Source of the DNA: Bacillales bacterium
Lineage (GTDB): Bacteria > Bacillota > Bacilli > Bacillales > DASSOY01
DNA length: 64,000 nucleotides
Direction: 5' to 3'
Assembly: GCA_035700025.1 (NCBI GenBank)
Contig: DASSOY010000072.1
Coordinates: 80,771-144,770, forward strand
Made by a program: the position numbers and the translations under genes. Positions 48,559 to 56,980 of the stretch are shown here, piece by piece. A model generated the notes under the pieces. The model was given only the letters and a program-made list of their open reading frames with translations, did no database searches and was not told the origin of the DNA. Each line of letters begins with the position of its first letter. Position 1 is the first letter of the stretch.

Positions 48559-49518
48559 ATGTACAAAACGATCGTCGTCGGAACTGGACCGGCGGGCTTG
48601 ACGGCGGCCATTTACTTGGCACGCGCCGATATGGCCCCGCTCGTCATCGAAGGACCGGAACCGGGCGGGCAACTGACGCTCACGACTGAAGTAGAGAACT
48701 TTCCGGGCTTTCCCGACGGCATCATGGGTCCGGCATTGATGGATGACATGAGAAAACAAGCTGAGCGTTTCGGCGCGACGTTCGAAAGAGGTTATGTGAA
48801 ATCCGTCGATTTTTCAAACAAACCGTTTTCGCTGACGGTTGATTCGCTCGGGACGTTTGAAGGGGAGTCGGTGATTATTTCTACCGGCGCATCGGCAAAA
48901 ATGCTCGGCGTTCCGGGAGAGAGTGAAAACGTCGGCAAAGGCGTCAGCACGTGCGCGACATGTGACGGCTTCTTTTTTCGCGGCAAAAAAATTGTTGTCG
49001 TCGGCGGTGGCGATTCGGCGATGGAGGAAGCAACGTTTTTGACGAAATTCGCTTCCGAAGTGACGGTCATTCATCGCCGCGACGAGCTGCGCGCGTCGAA
49101 AATCATGCAAAATCGGGCGAAGGAAAACGAAAAAATTAAATGGAAGCTGAACGCGCAAGTGAAGGAAATTTTGGCGGATAACGGGAAAGTGAGTGCCGTT
49201 CAATTGGTGAATCAGAACGGCGTCGAAGAAACGTTAGCCACCGACGGCGTTTTCATTGCGATCGGTCATACGCCGAACACGGAGTTCTTGAAAGGGCAGG
49301 TCGGGATGGATGATAAAGGTTATTTGAACGTGAAACCGGGAACGACGGAAACGACGGTTGACGGGGTGTTTGCCTGCGGAGACGTACAAGATTTCACGTA
49401 CCGTCAAGCGATCACGGCGGCCGGAACCGGTTGCATGGCGGCGATGGATTGCCAGCGTTATCTCGAGGGAAACGCGTTCACGGACTGGAGCCTAAGCACG
49501 GATCAAGCAAAAAAATAA
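48559..49518 (+). CDS. trxB: Thioredoxin-disulfide reductase (low-Mr TrxB type)
   Basis: ATG 48559 is 8 nt after GAGGAGG. VVGTGPAGLTAAIYLAR, redox centre CATCDG, GGGDSAMEEA and GVFACGDV. It lies 70 nt after selA on the same strand, with no intervening terminator seen. Confidence 0.9.
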   Translation: MYKTIVVGTGPAGLTAAIYLARADMAPLVIEGPEPGGQLTLTTEVENFPGFPDGIMGPALMDDMRKQAERFGATFERGYVKSVDFSNKPFSLTVDSLGTFEGESVIISTGASAKMLGVPGESENVGKGVSTCATCDGFFFRGKKIVVVGGGDSAMEEATFLTKFASEVTVIHRRDELRASKIMQNRAKENEKIKWKLNAQVKEILADNGKVSAVQLVNQNGVEETLATDGVFIAIGHTPNTEFLKGQVGMDDKGYLNVKPGTTETTVDGVFACGDVQDFTYRQAITAAGTGCMAAMDCQRYLEGNAFTDWSLSTDQAKK

Positions 49519-49526
49519 AGTCGCGG

Positions 49527-49560
49527 CGTTCTTTTCCATTCGGAAGAGAACGTTTTTTTT
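49527..49560 (+). terminator. Rho-independent terminator after trxB
   Basis: CGTTCTTTTCC-ATTC-GGAAGAGAACG followed by T8. Confidence 0.85.
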
Positions 49561-49561
49561 G

Positions 49562-49576
49562 ATAAGCAAAAGTTAT
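49562..49576. promoter_or_regulatory. CcpC-type dyad upstream of citB
   Basis: ATAA-N7-TTAT (ATAAGCAAAAGTTAT), the dyad type described for B. subtilis citB/citZ. It lies about 35 nt upstream of the -35. Confidence 0.4.
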
Positions 49577-49611
49577 CATAAACAATAACGGCATCGTCAT
49601 TTACTTATCGG

Positions 49612-49641
49612 TTGAAATTGCGTAAAATAGACTAGTAGAAT
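49612..49641 (+). promoter_or_regulatory. Sigma-A promoter of citB
   Basis: TTGAAA (49612-49617), 18 nt spacer, TAGAAT (49636-49641). Confidence 0.5.
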
Positions 49642-49664
49642 TCTGTGAGTGATGAGGGGGAAAC

Positions 49665-52400
49665 ATGATGGCAAAAACGGAAAACGACCTTTTCAAAGCT
49701 CGCGCTTCCTTTCAAGTAGACGGCCAAAAGTATAACTACTACCGTCTTCAAGCGTTGGAAGAAGCGAACGTTGGAAACGTTTCACGCCTGCCTTACTCGA
49801 TCAAAGTCTTACTGGAATCGGTATTAAGGCAGTATGATGGCAAAACGATTAAGAAGGAACATGTTGAGAACTTGGCAAACTGGGGCACCGACAAGATGAA
49901 GTCGGACGTCGACGTGCCTTTCAACCCTTCCCGAATCATTTTGCAAGACTTCACGGGTGTACCGGCAGTTGTTGATCTCGCTTCGTTGAGAAAAGCCATG
50001 GCGGACATGAAAGGCGACCCAGAGGAAATCAACCCGGAAATCCCGGTTGACCTCGTTGTCGACCACTCCGTGCAAGTGGACCGTTTCGGATCGGTTGACG
50101 CGTTGAAATTCAACATGGAACGTGAATTCGAACGGAACATGGAACGTTACAAATTTTTGAAATGGGCGAAAAATGAACTCGATAACTATAGTGCGGTTCC
50201 GCCGGCTACGGGTATCGTGCACCAAGTCAATCTTGAATACTTAGCTTCGGTTGTCCACGGTGTAGAAGAAGAAAACGGTGAAAAAATCGCCTATCCGGAT
50301 ACACTTCTTGGAACGGACTCGCATACGACGATGATCAACGGTCTCGGCGTACTTGGCTGGGGCGTCGGCGGAATCGAGGCAGAAGCCGGCATGCTCGGAC
50401 AACCGTCTTACTTCCCGGTACCGGAAGTGATCGGCGTACGGATTACCGGTGCGATGCCGAAAGGAACGACAGCAACGGATCTTGCGTTGCACGTGACGAA
50501 GAAATTGCGAGCCAAAGGCGTTGTCGGCAAATTTGTGGAGTTCTTCGGCGAAGGACTTTCGGAAATGTCACTTGCGGACCGCGCAACGATTTCGAACATG
50601 TCGCCTGAAAACGGTGCGACGGCTACGTTCTTCCCGGTTGACGAAGAAACGTTGAACTACTTGCGTTTGACGGGCCGCTCCGAAGAGCAAATTCGCCTCG
50701 TTGAAGCGTATTGCAAAGAAAACGGCTTGTTCTATACGCCAGAAGCGCAAGATCCGAATTTCACGAATATCGTAGAACTTGATCTTTCTGAAGTCGAGCC
50801 GAGTTTGTCCGGACCGAAACGTCCGCAAGATTTGATTAAGCTTACCGACATGAAGGACGAATTCAATCAAATGTTGACTCGCGAAGCGGGCAACCATGGT
50901 CTTGGACTTGACGAAAATGAAATTAAGAAAGAAGTGGAAGTCGTTCATCCAGACGGTGAAAAGTCTGTCTTGAAAACAGGGGCCGTAGCAGTTGCTGCCA
51001 TCACGAGCTGTACGAACACTTCGAACCCGAGCGTTATGATCGGCGCCGGCTTGTTGGCGAAAAAAGCGGTTGAGAAAGGCTTGAAAGTTCCGCGTTACGT
51101 GAAAACCAGCTTGGCACCGGGGTCGAAAGTCGTTACGGATTACTTGAACCATTCCGGTTTAATGCCTTATCTCGATCAGCTTGGCTTCAGCCTTGTTGGT
51201 TACGGCTGTACGACTTGTATCGGTAACTCCGGGCCGCTTCCAGACGAAGTGGAAAAAGCGATCGAAGAAAACGACATGGCTGTCACTTCCGTATTGTCCG
51301 GTAACCGTAACTTTGAAGGCCGGATTCATCCGCTTGTGAAAGCGAATTACTTGGCTTCGCCGCCGCTCGTTGTCGCCTATGCACTTGCCGGCAGCGTCAA
51401 TTTCGACTTGAAAACCGAATCGTTCGGCAAAGACAAAGACGGAAACGACGTATACTTTGACGACCTGTGGCCGTCGAGTGAAGAAGTACAGCAATATATG
51501 AGTGAAAGCTTGAGCCCTGAGTTGTTCAAGAAAGAGTACTCGCGCGTGTTTGATGAAAACGAACGTTGGAATGAACTCAACACAAGCGAAGGTACGTTAT
51601 ACGACTGGGACGAAGATTCCACTTACATTCAAAACCCGCCGTTCTTCGAAAACCTTTCGAAAGAACCGGGTGAAATTGAAACGCTTCAAGGCTTGCGCGT
51701 TATTGGTAAATTCGGAGACTCGGTAACGACGGACCATATTTCACCTGCCGGCGCCATTGCCAAAGACAGTCCTGCAGGCAAATATTTGATCGAAAAAGGC
51801 GTTCGCCCGATTGATTTTAACTCGTACGGTTCCCGTCGCGGTAACCACGAAGTGATGATGCGCGGGACGTTTGCCAACATCCGGATCCGCAACCAGATTG
51901 CTCCGGGTACCGAAGGCGGCTGGACGACTTACTGGCCGACTGGCGAAGTGATGTCGATCTTTGATGCCGCGATGAAATATCAGCAGAACGATACGGGCCT
52001 CGTTGTTCTTGCCGGTAAAGATTACGGCATGGGCTCTTCGCGTGACTGGGCTGCAAAAGGTACGAACTTGCTTGGCATTAAAACGGTCATTGCGGAAAGC
52101 TACGAACGGATTCACCGTTCCAATCTTGCATTGATGGGGGTTCTTCCGTTGCAATTCCAAGCAGGAGAAAGCGCTGAAAGCCTTGGATTGAGCGGGAAAG
52201 AAACGATTCAAGTGGAATTGCCGAAAGACTTGAAGCCTCGTCAAAACGTAACGGTTACGGCTGTTGACGAAGACGGCAATAAAAAGACGTTTGAAGCGAT
52301 TGTTCGTTTCGACAGTGATGTCGAAATTGACTATTATCGCCACGGTGGCATCTTGCAAATGGTGCTTCGCAACAAATTGCAACAACCGAACCACGCATAA
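49665..52400 (+). CDS. citB: Aconitate hydratase A (aconitase / iron-regulatory RNA-binding protein)
   Basis: 911 aa. [26 protein letters not shown], the Fe-S Cys ligands ([20 protein letters not shown]), and SGNRNFEGR. Confidence 0.97.
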   Translation: MMAKTENDLFKARASFQVDGQKYNYYRLQALEEANVGNVSRLPYSIKVLLESVLRQYDGKTIKKEHVENLANWGTDKMKSDVDVPFNPSRIILQDFTGVPAVVDLASLRKAMADMKGDPEEINPEIPVDLVVDHSVQVDRFGSVDALKFNMEREFERNMERYKFLKWAKNELDNYSAVPPATGIVHQVNLEYLASVVHGVEEENGEKIAYPDTLLGTDSHTTMINGLGVLGWGVGGIEAEAGMLGQPSYFPVPEVIGVRITGAMPKGTTATDLALHVTKKLRAKGVVGKFVEFFGEGLSEMSLADRATISNMSPENGATATFFPVDEETLNYLRLTGRSEEQIRLVEAYCKENGLFYTPEAQDPNFTNIVELDLSEVEPSLSGPKRPQDLIKLTDMKDEFNQMLTREAGNHGLGLDENEIKKEVEVVHPDGEKSVLKTGAVAVAAITSCTNTSNPSVMIGAGLLAKKAVEKGLKVPRYVKTSLAPGSKVVTDYLNHSGLMPYLDQLGFSLVGYGCTTCIGNSGPLPDEVEKAIEENDMAVTSVLSGNRNFEGRIHPLVKANYLASPPLVVAYALAGSVNFDLKTESFGKDKDGNDVYFDDLWPSSEEVQQYMSESLSPELFKKEYSRVFDENERWNELNTSEGTLYDWDEDSTYIQNPPFFENLSKEPGEIETLQGLRVIGKFGDSVTTDHISPAGAIAKDSPAGKYLIEKGVRPIDFNSYGSRRGNHEVMMRGTFANIRIRNQIAPGTEGGWTTYWPTGEVMSIFDAAMKYQQNDTGLVVLAGKDYGMGSSRDWAAKGTNLLGIKTVIAESYERIHRSNLALMGVLPLQFQAGESAESLGLSGKETIQVELPKDLKPRQNVTVTAVDEDGNKKTFEAIVRFDSDVEIDYYRHGGILQMVLRNKLQQPNHA

Positions 52401-52404
52401 AACG

Positions 52405-52447
52405 AAAAAGGATCCGAAAGCCTTGTTGCTTTCGGATCCTTTTTTTG
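52405..52447. terminator. Bidirectional terminator between citB and mntH
   Basis: AAAAAGGATCCGAAAG...CTTTCGGATCCTTTTTTT. Confidence 0.9.
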
Positions 52448-52449
52448 GA

Positions 52450-53727
52450 TTAAGAAAAAGTTTGGATGAGCAGGAAGGCATTCAACGTGATGACGAATGC
52501 GGCTACACACCACCCGATGATCGTGGTCCCTTTTCCGTTGACGAGCGTGCCCATGAGGCTTCGATTGCTCGTGAACATAAGCAATGGAACGAGTGCGAAC
52601 GCAATGCCGAATGACAAAATGACTTGGCTGATTACGAGCGCGAAAGTCGGATTGATGCCGAGGGCGATGACGGCAAGCGGCGGGACCATTGTGATCAAAC
52701 GCCGCAAATAAATCGGGATGCGGCGGCGAATGAACCCTTGCATCACAATGTCGCCTGACATGGTTCCGACGCTGGAACTTGACAAGCCGGCAGCAAGCAA
52801 TCCGACGCCGAACAAAATCGCTGAGACCGGTCCGATCAGCTGCCCGAATTGATCAAAAGCGATGTCGAGATCGAGAACGGTCAACCCGTTTTCGAAAAAG
52901 AGAGCGGCCGAAACAATGAGCATGATGCCGTTAATCACCCCAGCGATCAACATCGCGATCACGATGTCGACCATCTCAAAACGAAAGATTTTCCGGCGGT
53001 CTTCTTCCGTTTTTCCGACGACCCGCCGCTGGGTGAGTGCCGAGTGCAAGTATATGGCGTGCGGCATGACGGTTGCGCCCAATATGCCGGCGGCAAGCAT
53101 TAAGCTGTTGACGCCGTCAAATTGCGGAACGAGCAATCCATGCAGCACTTCCGATCCGTCTGGATGCGACAAGAACGCTTCTATGCTGAAGGCAATGACG
53201 ACGGTAAACAAGAAAGCGGCGATTCCCGCTTCGAGCGATCGGAACCCTCTTCGCTGCAATTCAAGAATCGCAAAGGACGCGGCGGCTGCCAACAGTGCGG
53301 ACGGGAACAAGCCGAGTCCGGACAGCAAATGAATGCCGAGCGCACCTCCGATAAATTCGGCGAGATCGGTCGCCATAATGACCAACTCACTTTGAATCCA
53401 TAAGGCGAAAGAGACCGGTTTCGGGAAGTGGTCACGCGCCATTTCCGGCAAATTCCGGCCGGTCGCGATCCCTAATTTTGCTGACATCGATTGAATCAAT
53501 ACGGCCATTAAATTCGACATCAGCACGACCCATAACAACATGTATCCGTACCGGGATCCTGCAGATATGTTTGTAGCGAAGTTTCCGGGATCGATGTAAG
53601 CGATCGCGGCGATGAAGGCAGGTCCGAGAAAAGGAAGGATTTTTCGGAATCCGCGGCTTTTCCCGGTCAATGCCGTTTCGGCAGACAATAAGGTTGCGTT
53701 TTTTCGCGTCGCGCTTTGCGTGTTCAT
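52450..53727 (-). CDS. mntH: NRAMP-family Mn2+/H+ transporter MntH
   Basis: LPFLGPAFIAAIAYIDPGNFATNI (DPGN motif), MPHAIYLHS, and about 11 TM segments. Confidence 0.93.
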   Translation of the reverse strand: MNTQSATRKNATLLSAETALTGKSRGFRKILPFLGPAFIAAIAYIDPGNFATNISAGSRYGYMLLWVVLMSNLMAVLIQSMSAKLGIATGRNLPEMARDHFPKPVSFALWIQSELVIMATDLAEFIGGALGIHLLSGLGLFPSALLAAAASFAILELQRRGFRSLEAGIAAFLFTVVIAFSIEAFLSHPDGSEVLHGLLVPQFDGVNSLMLAAGILGATVMPHAIYLHSALTQRRVVGKTEEDRRKIFRFEMVDIVIAMLIAGVINGIMLIVSAALFFENGLTVLDLDIAFDQFGQLIGPVSAILFGVGLLAAGLSSSSVGTMSGDIVMQGFIRRRIPIYLRRLITMVPPLAVIALGINPTFALVISQVILSFGIAFALVPLLMFTSNRSLMGTLVNGKGTTIIGWCVAAFVITLNAFLLIQTFS

Positions 53728-53762
53728 TGGTTTTCTTCGCTCCTTTATTTCTCTCGACCATC

Positions 53763-53782
53763 AATTTTGCCCTTGGGAAACT
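53763..53782. promoter_or_regulatory. MntR-like operator 1 upstream of mntH
   Basis: AATTTTGCCCTTGGGAAACT is an imperfect palindrome (TTTGCCC..GGGAAAC) of the type I recall for the B. subtilis mntH MntR site. Confidence 0.5.
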
Positions 53783-53803
53783 CGTGGGTAAAATTCAATC
53801 GTA

Positions 53804-53826
53804 AAAGTTTCCCTAGGTCAAATTTT
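53804..53826. promoter_or_regulatory. MntR-like operator 2 upstream of mntH
   Basis: AAAGTTTCCCTAGGTCAAATTTT is an inverted copy of the same half-sites (GTTTCCC..GGTCAAA), about 40 nt from site 1. Confidence 0.45.
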
Positions 53827-53909
53827 ATTCCCTATGCCATCAATTTGCAACTATTTTATTCAAAAAAAATGATTTTGTGTTTCAAAGGCTTGTCCAAACG
53901 GTTCATCAA

Positions 53910-53935
53910 CAAAAAAATGGCGGTCGCTGCCGCCA
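53910..53935 (-). terminator. Rho-independent terminator of the hsp20-like gene
   Basis: On the minus strand: TGGCGG-CAGCGA-CCGCCA followed by T7. Confidence 0.75.
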
Positions 53936-53943
53936 CGTAGTTT

Positions 53944-54375
53944 TTATTGAATGGTGATCGTTCGGGAACGGTCTTGCTGCTTTCCTTTTGGGATAAAAAT
54001 GCGCAAAATCCCGTTATGGTACTCGGCGCTCGTCGCACTTGCGTCGATTTGAAAAGGAACGGTGACTATCCGCTCCAATTGCCCGAACGTCCGCTCACGG
54101 TGATAATAATGCTGGTTGTCGTTCTTTTCTTCATGCACTTGTGAATGATTGGCGGTAATTCTTAACGCCGAATCGAGTACTTCGACGTCGATTTGCTCTC
54201 TCCTTAATCCGGGAAGCTCCGCTTCGACGATCAATGTAGCGTCATCTTCAAACATGTCGACGCGAAACGATTTGTGATCGAGCAGCCTCTGAAACGGATC
54301 TTTGAAAAACGTTTCCATCCATTCGTTCAACAGCTTCTTGTCGATTTTCGGGAATTTGTCGTCTTTCTGCGTCAT
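53944..54375 (-). CDS. Hsp20/alpha-crystallin family protein (possibly CotM-like)
   Basis: Alpha-crystallin domain VDMFEDDATLIVEAELPGLRREQIDVEV...SAEYHNGILRIFIPK. RBS GGAGGGGG. In B. subtilis the alpha-crystallin-type coat gene cotM lies near citB. Confidence 0.85.
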   Translation of the reverse strand: MTQKDDKFPKIDKKLLNEWMETFFKDPFQRLLDHKSFRVDMFEDDATLIVEAELPGLRREQIDVEVLDSALRITANHSQVHEEKNDNQHYYHRERTFGQLERIVTVPFQIDASATSAEYHNGILRIFIPKGKQQDRSRTITIQ

Positions 54376-54536
54376 GAATCCCCCTCCTTTTTTATTGATA
54401 ACTTACGAAAACGGCCGGGAAATGTGACGATTCAAAAAATTTTCATACATTTGTAATATTTTTTTCCGTTTTGGGGAATAACAAAGAGTAGAATGAAAGT
54501 TGAAAGAAAATTACTACAACGAAGGAGGAATTTCAC

Positions 54537-54659
54537 ATGCGGAAAAGAAGAAGCTTGAAAGAGCTCATGGACGAAAACAAACGGGAATTGTTGAGCGATA
54601 ACGGTGCGATTGAAAAGATCGAACGCAAGCTGGAAGAAAAACATTCCAATCGGATCTAA
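54537..54659 (+). CDS. Small basic protein of the Fur-regulated FbpA/FbpB type (40 aa)
   Basis: It is absent from the ORF track, which stops at 60 aa. ATG 54537 is 8 nt after AAGGAGGAA. The product is MRKRRSLKELMDENKRELLSDNGAIEKIERKLEEKHSNRI, and the gene has its own terminator. The family assignment is from memory of the basic N-terminus plus the NK.ELL..-IE-R.E.KH pattern. Confidence 0.65.
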   Translation: MRKRRSLKELMDENKRELLSDNGAIEKIERKLEEKHSNRI

Positions 54660-54692
54660 AAAACAGGAAGGTTCGAATCCTTTCTGTTTTTT
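54660..54692 (+). terminator. Rho-independent terminator of the small basic protein gene
   Basis: ACAGGAAGG-TTCGAAT-CCTTTCTGT followed by T6. Confidence 0.75.
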
Positions 54693-54747
54693 CATTTTAC
54701 ATACGAAACAGGCAAAGTTGACATGCTACCAACGAGGAGGTGACAAG

Positions 54748-54909
54748 ATGGCACGCGATGAAAAATTAAACGAAGAAGCCGCGCGCGATCCGAACCTTCC
54801 GCCGACGGCCGATCCGAAAGATCTTGTCTTTTTGAACCGGCTTGCCGATGAAAAAAAACAGTTGCCGCGCCGCGAAGAAGACGATTCCCATGTTGACCAG
54901 CGCCAGTAA
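54748..54909 (+). CDS. Small acidic hypothetical protein (53 aa)
   Basis: ATG 54748 is 7 nt after GAGGAGGTGA. The product is MARDEKLNEEAARDPNLPPTADPKDLVFLNRLADEKKQLPRREEDDSHVDQRQ. No family recognised. It lies in the sspN/tlp-type neighbourhood. Confidence 0.5.
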   Translation: MARDEKLNEEAARDPNLPPTADPKDLVFLNRLADEKKQLPRREEDDSHVDQRQ

Positions 54910-54980
54910 TGTGATACAACCCGGCATTCGACACCCATCGACGCGGTTTGGAGAACGAATGATGTGAGGGAAGAAATCGA

Positions 54981-55499
54981 ATGTTGGAGGGAAATGCGTT
55001 GACGATTGCTGCAACCGTGCAACCGTTGCCGTTCACCGAGGACGATCCGTTGTACAGGGATCTTGAAATCATGATGCAACGGCTCGGGCATCTCGTCGCT
55101 TTTCGAGAAAAGTTCCAATGGGAAGAGCGGGTGGAACGGTTCGAACTCGGCGATGAAAACGACTTGCGCAAGTTGAAAAAATGTGCGGCGAAAAACGACG
55201 GCGTTCCTTTGTTTTGGGCGCGCTTGACGAAAAACACCGTGTACCGGCATCTTCTTTTCCATCCGAACAATGAAGGTTTTTATTTACCGGTTCGTTTCGA
55301 CGATCCGTTTACGATCACCGCCGGCGGAAAAAACGTTTGGTTTGGTTCTTCGGTCAGGCTTGGCGAGGAATTGAAGTGGTTGGAAATGTCAATGAATCAC
55401 AACAACGACGAATCGCTCATTGAATGTTGGCGTGCATTTCGCGAACTTTGCCAATGCAGTGTCGAACGGATGTGTCCGATTCAACTCGAGCATACATAA
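54981..55499 (+). CDS. Hypothetical protein (172 aa)
   Basis: ATG follows GAGGGAAG. No motif recognised (..FHPNNEGFYLPVRFDDPF..). Confidence 0.6.
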   Translation: MLEGNALTIAATVQPLPFTEDDPLYRDLEIMMQRLGHLVAFREKFQWEERVERFELGDENDLRKLKKCAAKNDGVPLFWARLTKNTVYRHLLFHPNNEGFYLPVRFDDPFTITAGGKNVWFGSSVRLGEELKWLEMSMNHNNDESLIECWRAFRELCQCSVERMCPIQLEHT

Positions 55500-55558
55500 A
55501 CGCGCGAATATCGCTTAAACTAACGACTGTTCAGCATGAAGACAAAGGAGGAACAGTT

Positions 55559-55795
55559 GTGGACGAATCGAAACGGCCGAAACCGGACGATCGCAGCGAT
55601 AACGTCGAAAAGCTTCAACAGATGGTGCATGACACGATTGAAAACATTGAAGCGGCCCATGAAACCTTGCAAAACGACGACTTGAGCGAAAACCAGCGTC
55701 AAGAAATCATCGCGAAAAATGAGCGAAGAGAACAAAGCTTGCGCGGCATGCGCGAAGAATTGAAAGACGAAGCTCACGATCAGAAAAACAAGTAA
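55559..55795 (+). CDS. tlp: Small acid-soluble spore protein Tlp
   Basis: GTG 55559 is 7 nt after AAAGGAGGAA. PKPDDRSDNVEKLQQMVHDTIENIEAAHETL matches the conserved Tlp core. Confidence 0.85.
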   Translation: MDESKRPKPDDRSDNVEKLQQMVHDTIENIEAAHETLQNDDLSENQRQEIIAKNERREQSLRGMREELKDEAHDQKNK

Positions 55796-55804
55796 ATGCG
55801 AAAA

Positions 55805-55836
55805 AAGAAACCGGGAATCTGTTCCCGGTTTTCTTG
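55805..55836 (+). terminator. Rho-independent terminator of tlp
   Basis: GAAACCGGGAA-TCTG-TTCCCGGTTTTC. Confidence 0.85.
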
Positions 55837-55884
55837 TGCCTGCGCTGCCGACGCTATACAATGGCAAACGAAGGGAGTGTCACG

Positions 55885-56961
55885 GTGAGACGTTTGTATT
55901 TAGTCGGGGCGGGCCACGCCCACCTGTATGTGCTGAACCGGCTGCGGCGCGAGAGGCTTCCGGGGGTTGAAGTATCGCTTCTTACGCCGGAAACGGTGAA
56001 ATTCAGCAGGGAAATGGCTGCCGGTTATATCGAAGGTTTATATACGAAAGCACAAATGGGTTTGGATATTGGGGAGCTGGCGAAACAGGCCGGTGCGAAT
56101 CATATAAAAGCTGCGGTGATGTCGATCGATCCACTGCAGAAAGCGGTTTTAACCGAAAAAGGCGGGTACCTCGAATACGATGTCATTTCTTTCGACATCG
56201 GGGCGTTGACGGAAGCGACGGATCTCCCGGGCGTATTGACGGCCGCCGAAATGCTGCGGCCGAATGAAAAGCTTCCGGACGCGCTGGACCGGCTGATTGC
56301 GGCGGAGCAGCTCGTGATCGCCGGCGACGGAGATGCTTGTGCGGAAATTGCGTTCGCCTTGCAGGCGAGGAGAATGAAGGAAGGAAAGACACCGGTTCGT
56401 TGGATCGGTGGATTCAACAAAGGCACCGCTTTCCGCGCGTTTCCTCCTGATGCTGAGCAATGGGCGCAGGATGCCGGCATTTTGCTGCATAAAAATAGTC
56501 GAGTACGGCGGGCAGGAGGCGGAAAGCTGGAGACGGACAACGGCGCCGTCCACTTGTACGATCGATTGCTCTGGATTTATCCGCCGCGCCCTCACAAGTT
56601 GTTTCGTGCGGCACTCCCTGTGGACAGCGACGGGTATTTGCTCGTCGAAAAGACGTTGCAAGTGAAGTCGTTTCCTTCCGTCTTTGGAGCTGGTGACTGC
56701 ATCACAGTGAACCGGCATTCCCATATTGCGCATGAGGGACGGTATGCGGTAGACGAAGGGCCGGTGTTATGGAAAAATTTGCGCGGTTATTTCACGGACG
56801 GAGAAGGCCGAACTTTCGCACCGGCGAATGCCGCGTATTGTTTTTCGACGGGAAACAAGCAAGCGGTGTTGCGTCGGAAGCGAAAGGTGATTCGAGCCGG
56901 TTGGGTGCATCGGTTGAAAAGTTACGTCGACCGCACGTACGTAAAAAAATCTTCTCCGTAG
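55885..56961 (+). CDS. FAD-dependent pyridine nucleotide-disulfide oxidoreductase family protein (GAGHAH type, of the kind found fused or adjacent to SelD)
   Basis: GTG 55885 is 7 nt after GGGAG. (M)RRLYLVGAGHAHLYVL is the Rossmann start, followed by a second dinucleotide fold LVIAGDGDACAEIAFAL and the C-terminal FGAGDC. Confidence 0.8.
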   Translation: MRRLYLVGAGHAHLYVLNRLRRERLPGVEVSLLTPETVKFSREMAAGYIEGLYTKAQMGLDIGELAKQAGANHIKAAVMSIDPLQKAVLTEKGGYLEYDVISFDIGALTEATDLPGVLTAAEMLRPNEKLPDALDRLIAAEQLVIAGDGDACAEIAFALQARRMKEGKTPVRWIGGFNKGTAFRAFPPDAEQWAQDAGILLHKNSRVRRAGGGKLETDNGAVHLYDRLLWIYPPRPHKLFRAALPVDSDGYLLVEKTLQVKSFPSVFGAGDCITVNRHSHIAHEGRYAVDEGPVLWKNLRGYFTDGEGRTFAPANAAYCFSTGNKQAVLRRKRKVIRAGWVHRLKSYVDRTYVKKSSP

Positions 56962-56975
56962 CGAGCGGAGAAGAT
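56943..56975 (-). terminator. Terminator of the thioredoxin-like gene (hairpin spans the oxidoreductase stop codon)
   Basis: ATCTTCTCCG-TAGCGAG-CGGAGAAGAT, followed on the minus strand by T7. Confidence 0.75.
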
Positions 56976-56980
56976 CATGG

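Noticed and set aside
48559-49518. Whether the trxB-like gene could itself be a selenoprotein, like mammalian TrxR.
   Set aside because: The frame is uninterrupted. The redox centre is the bacterial CATC, and there is no C-terminal GCUG or in-frame TGA.
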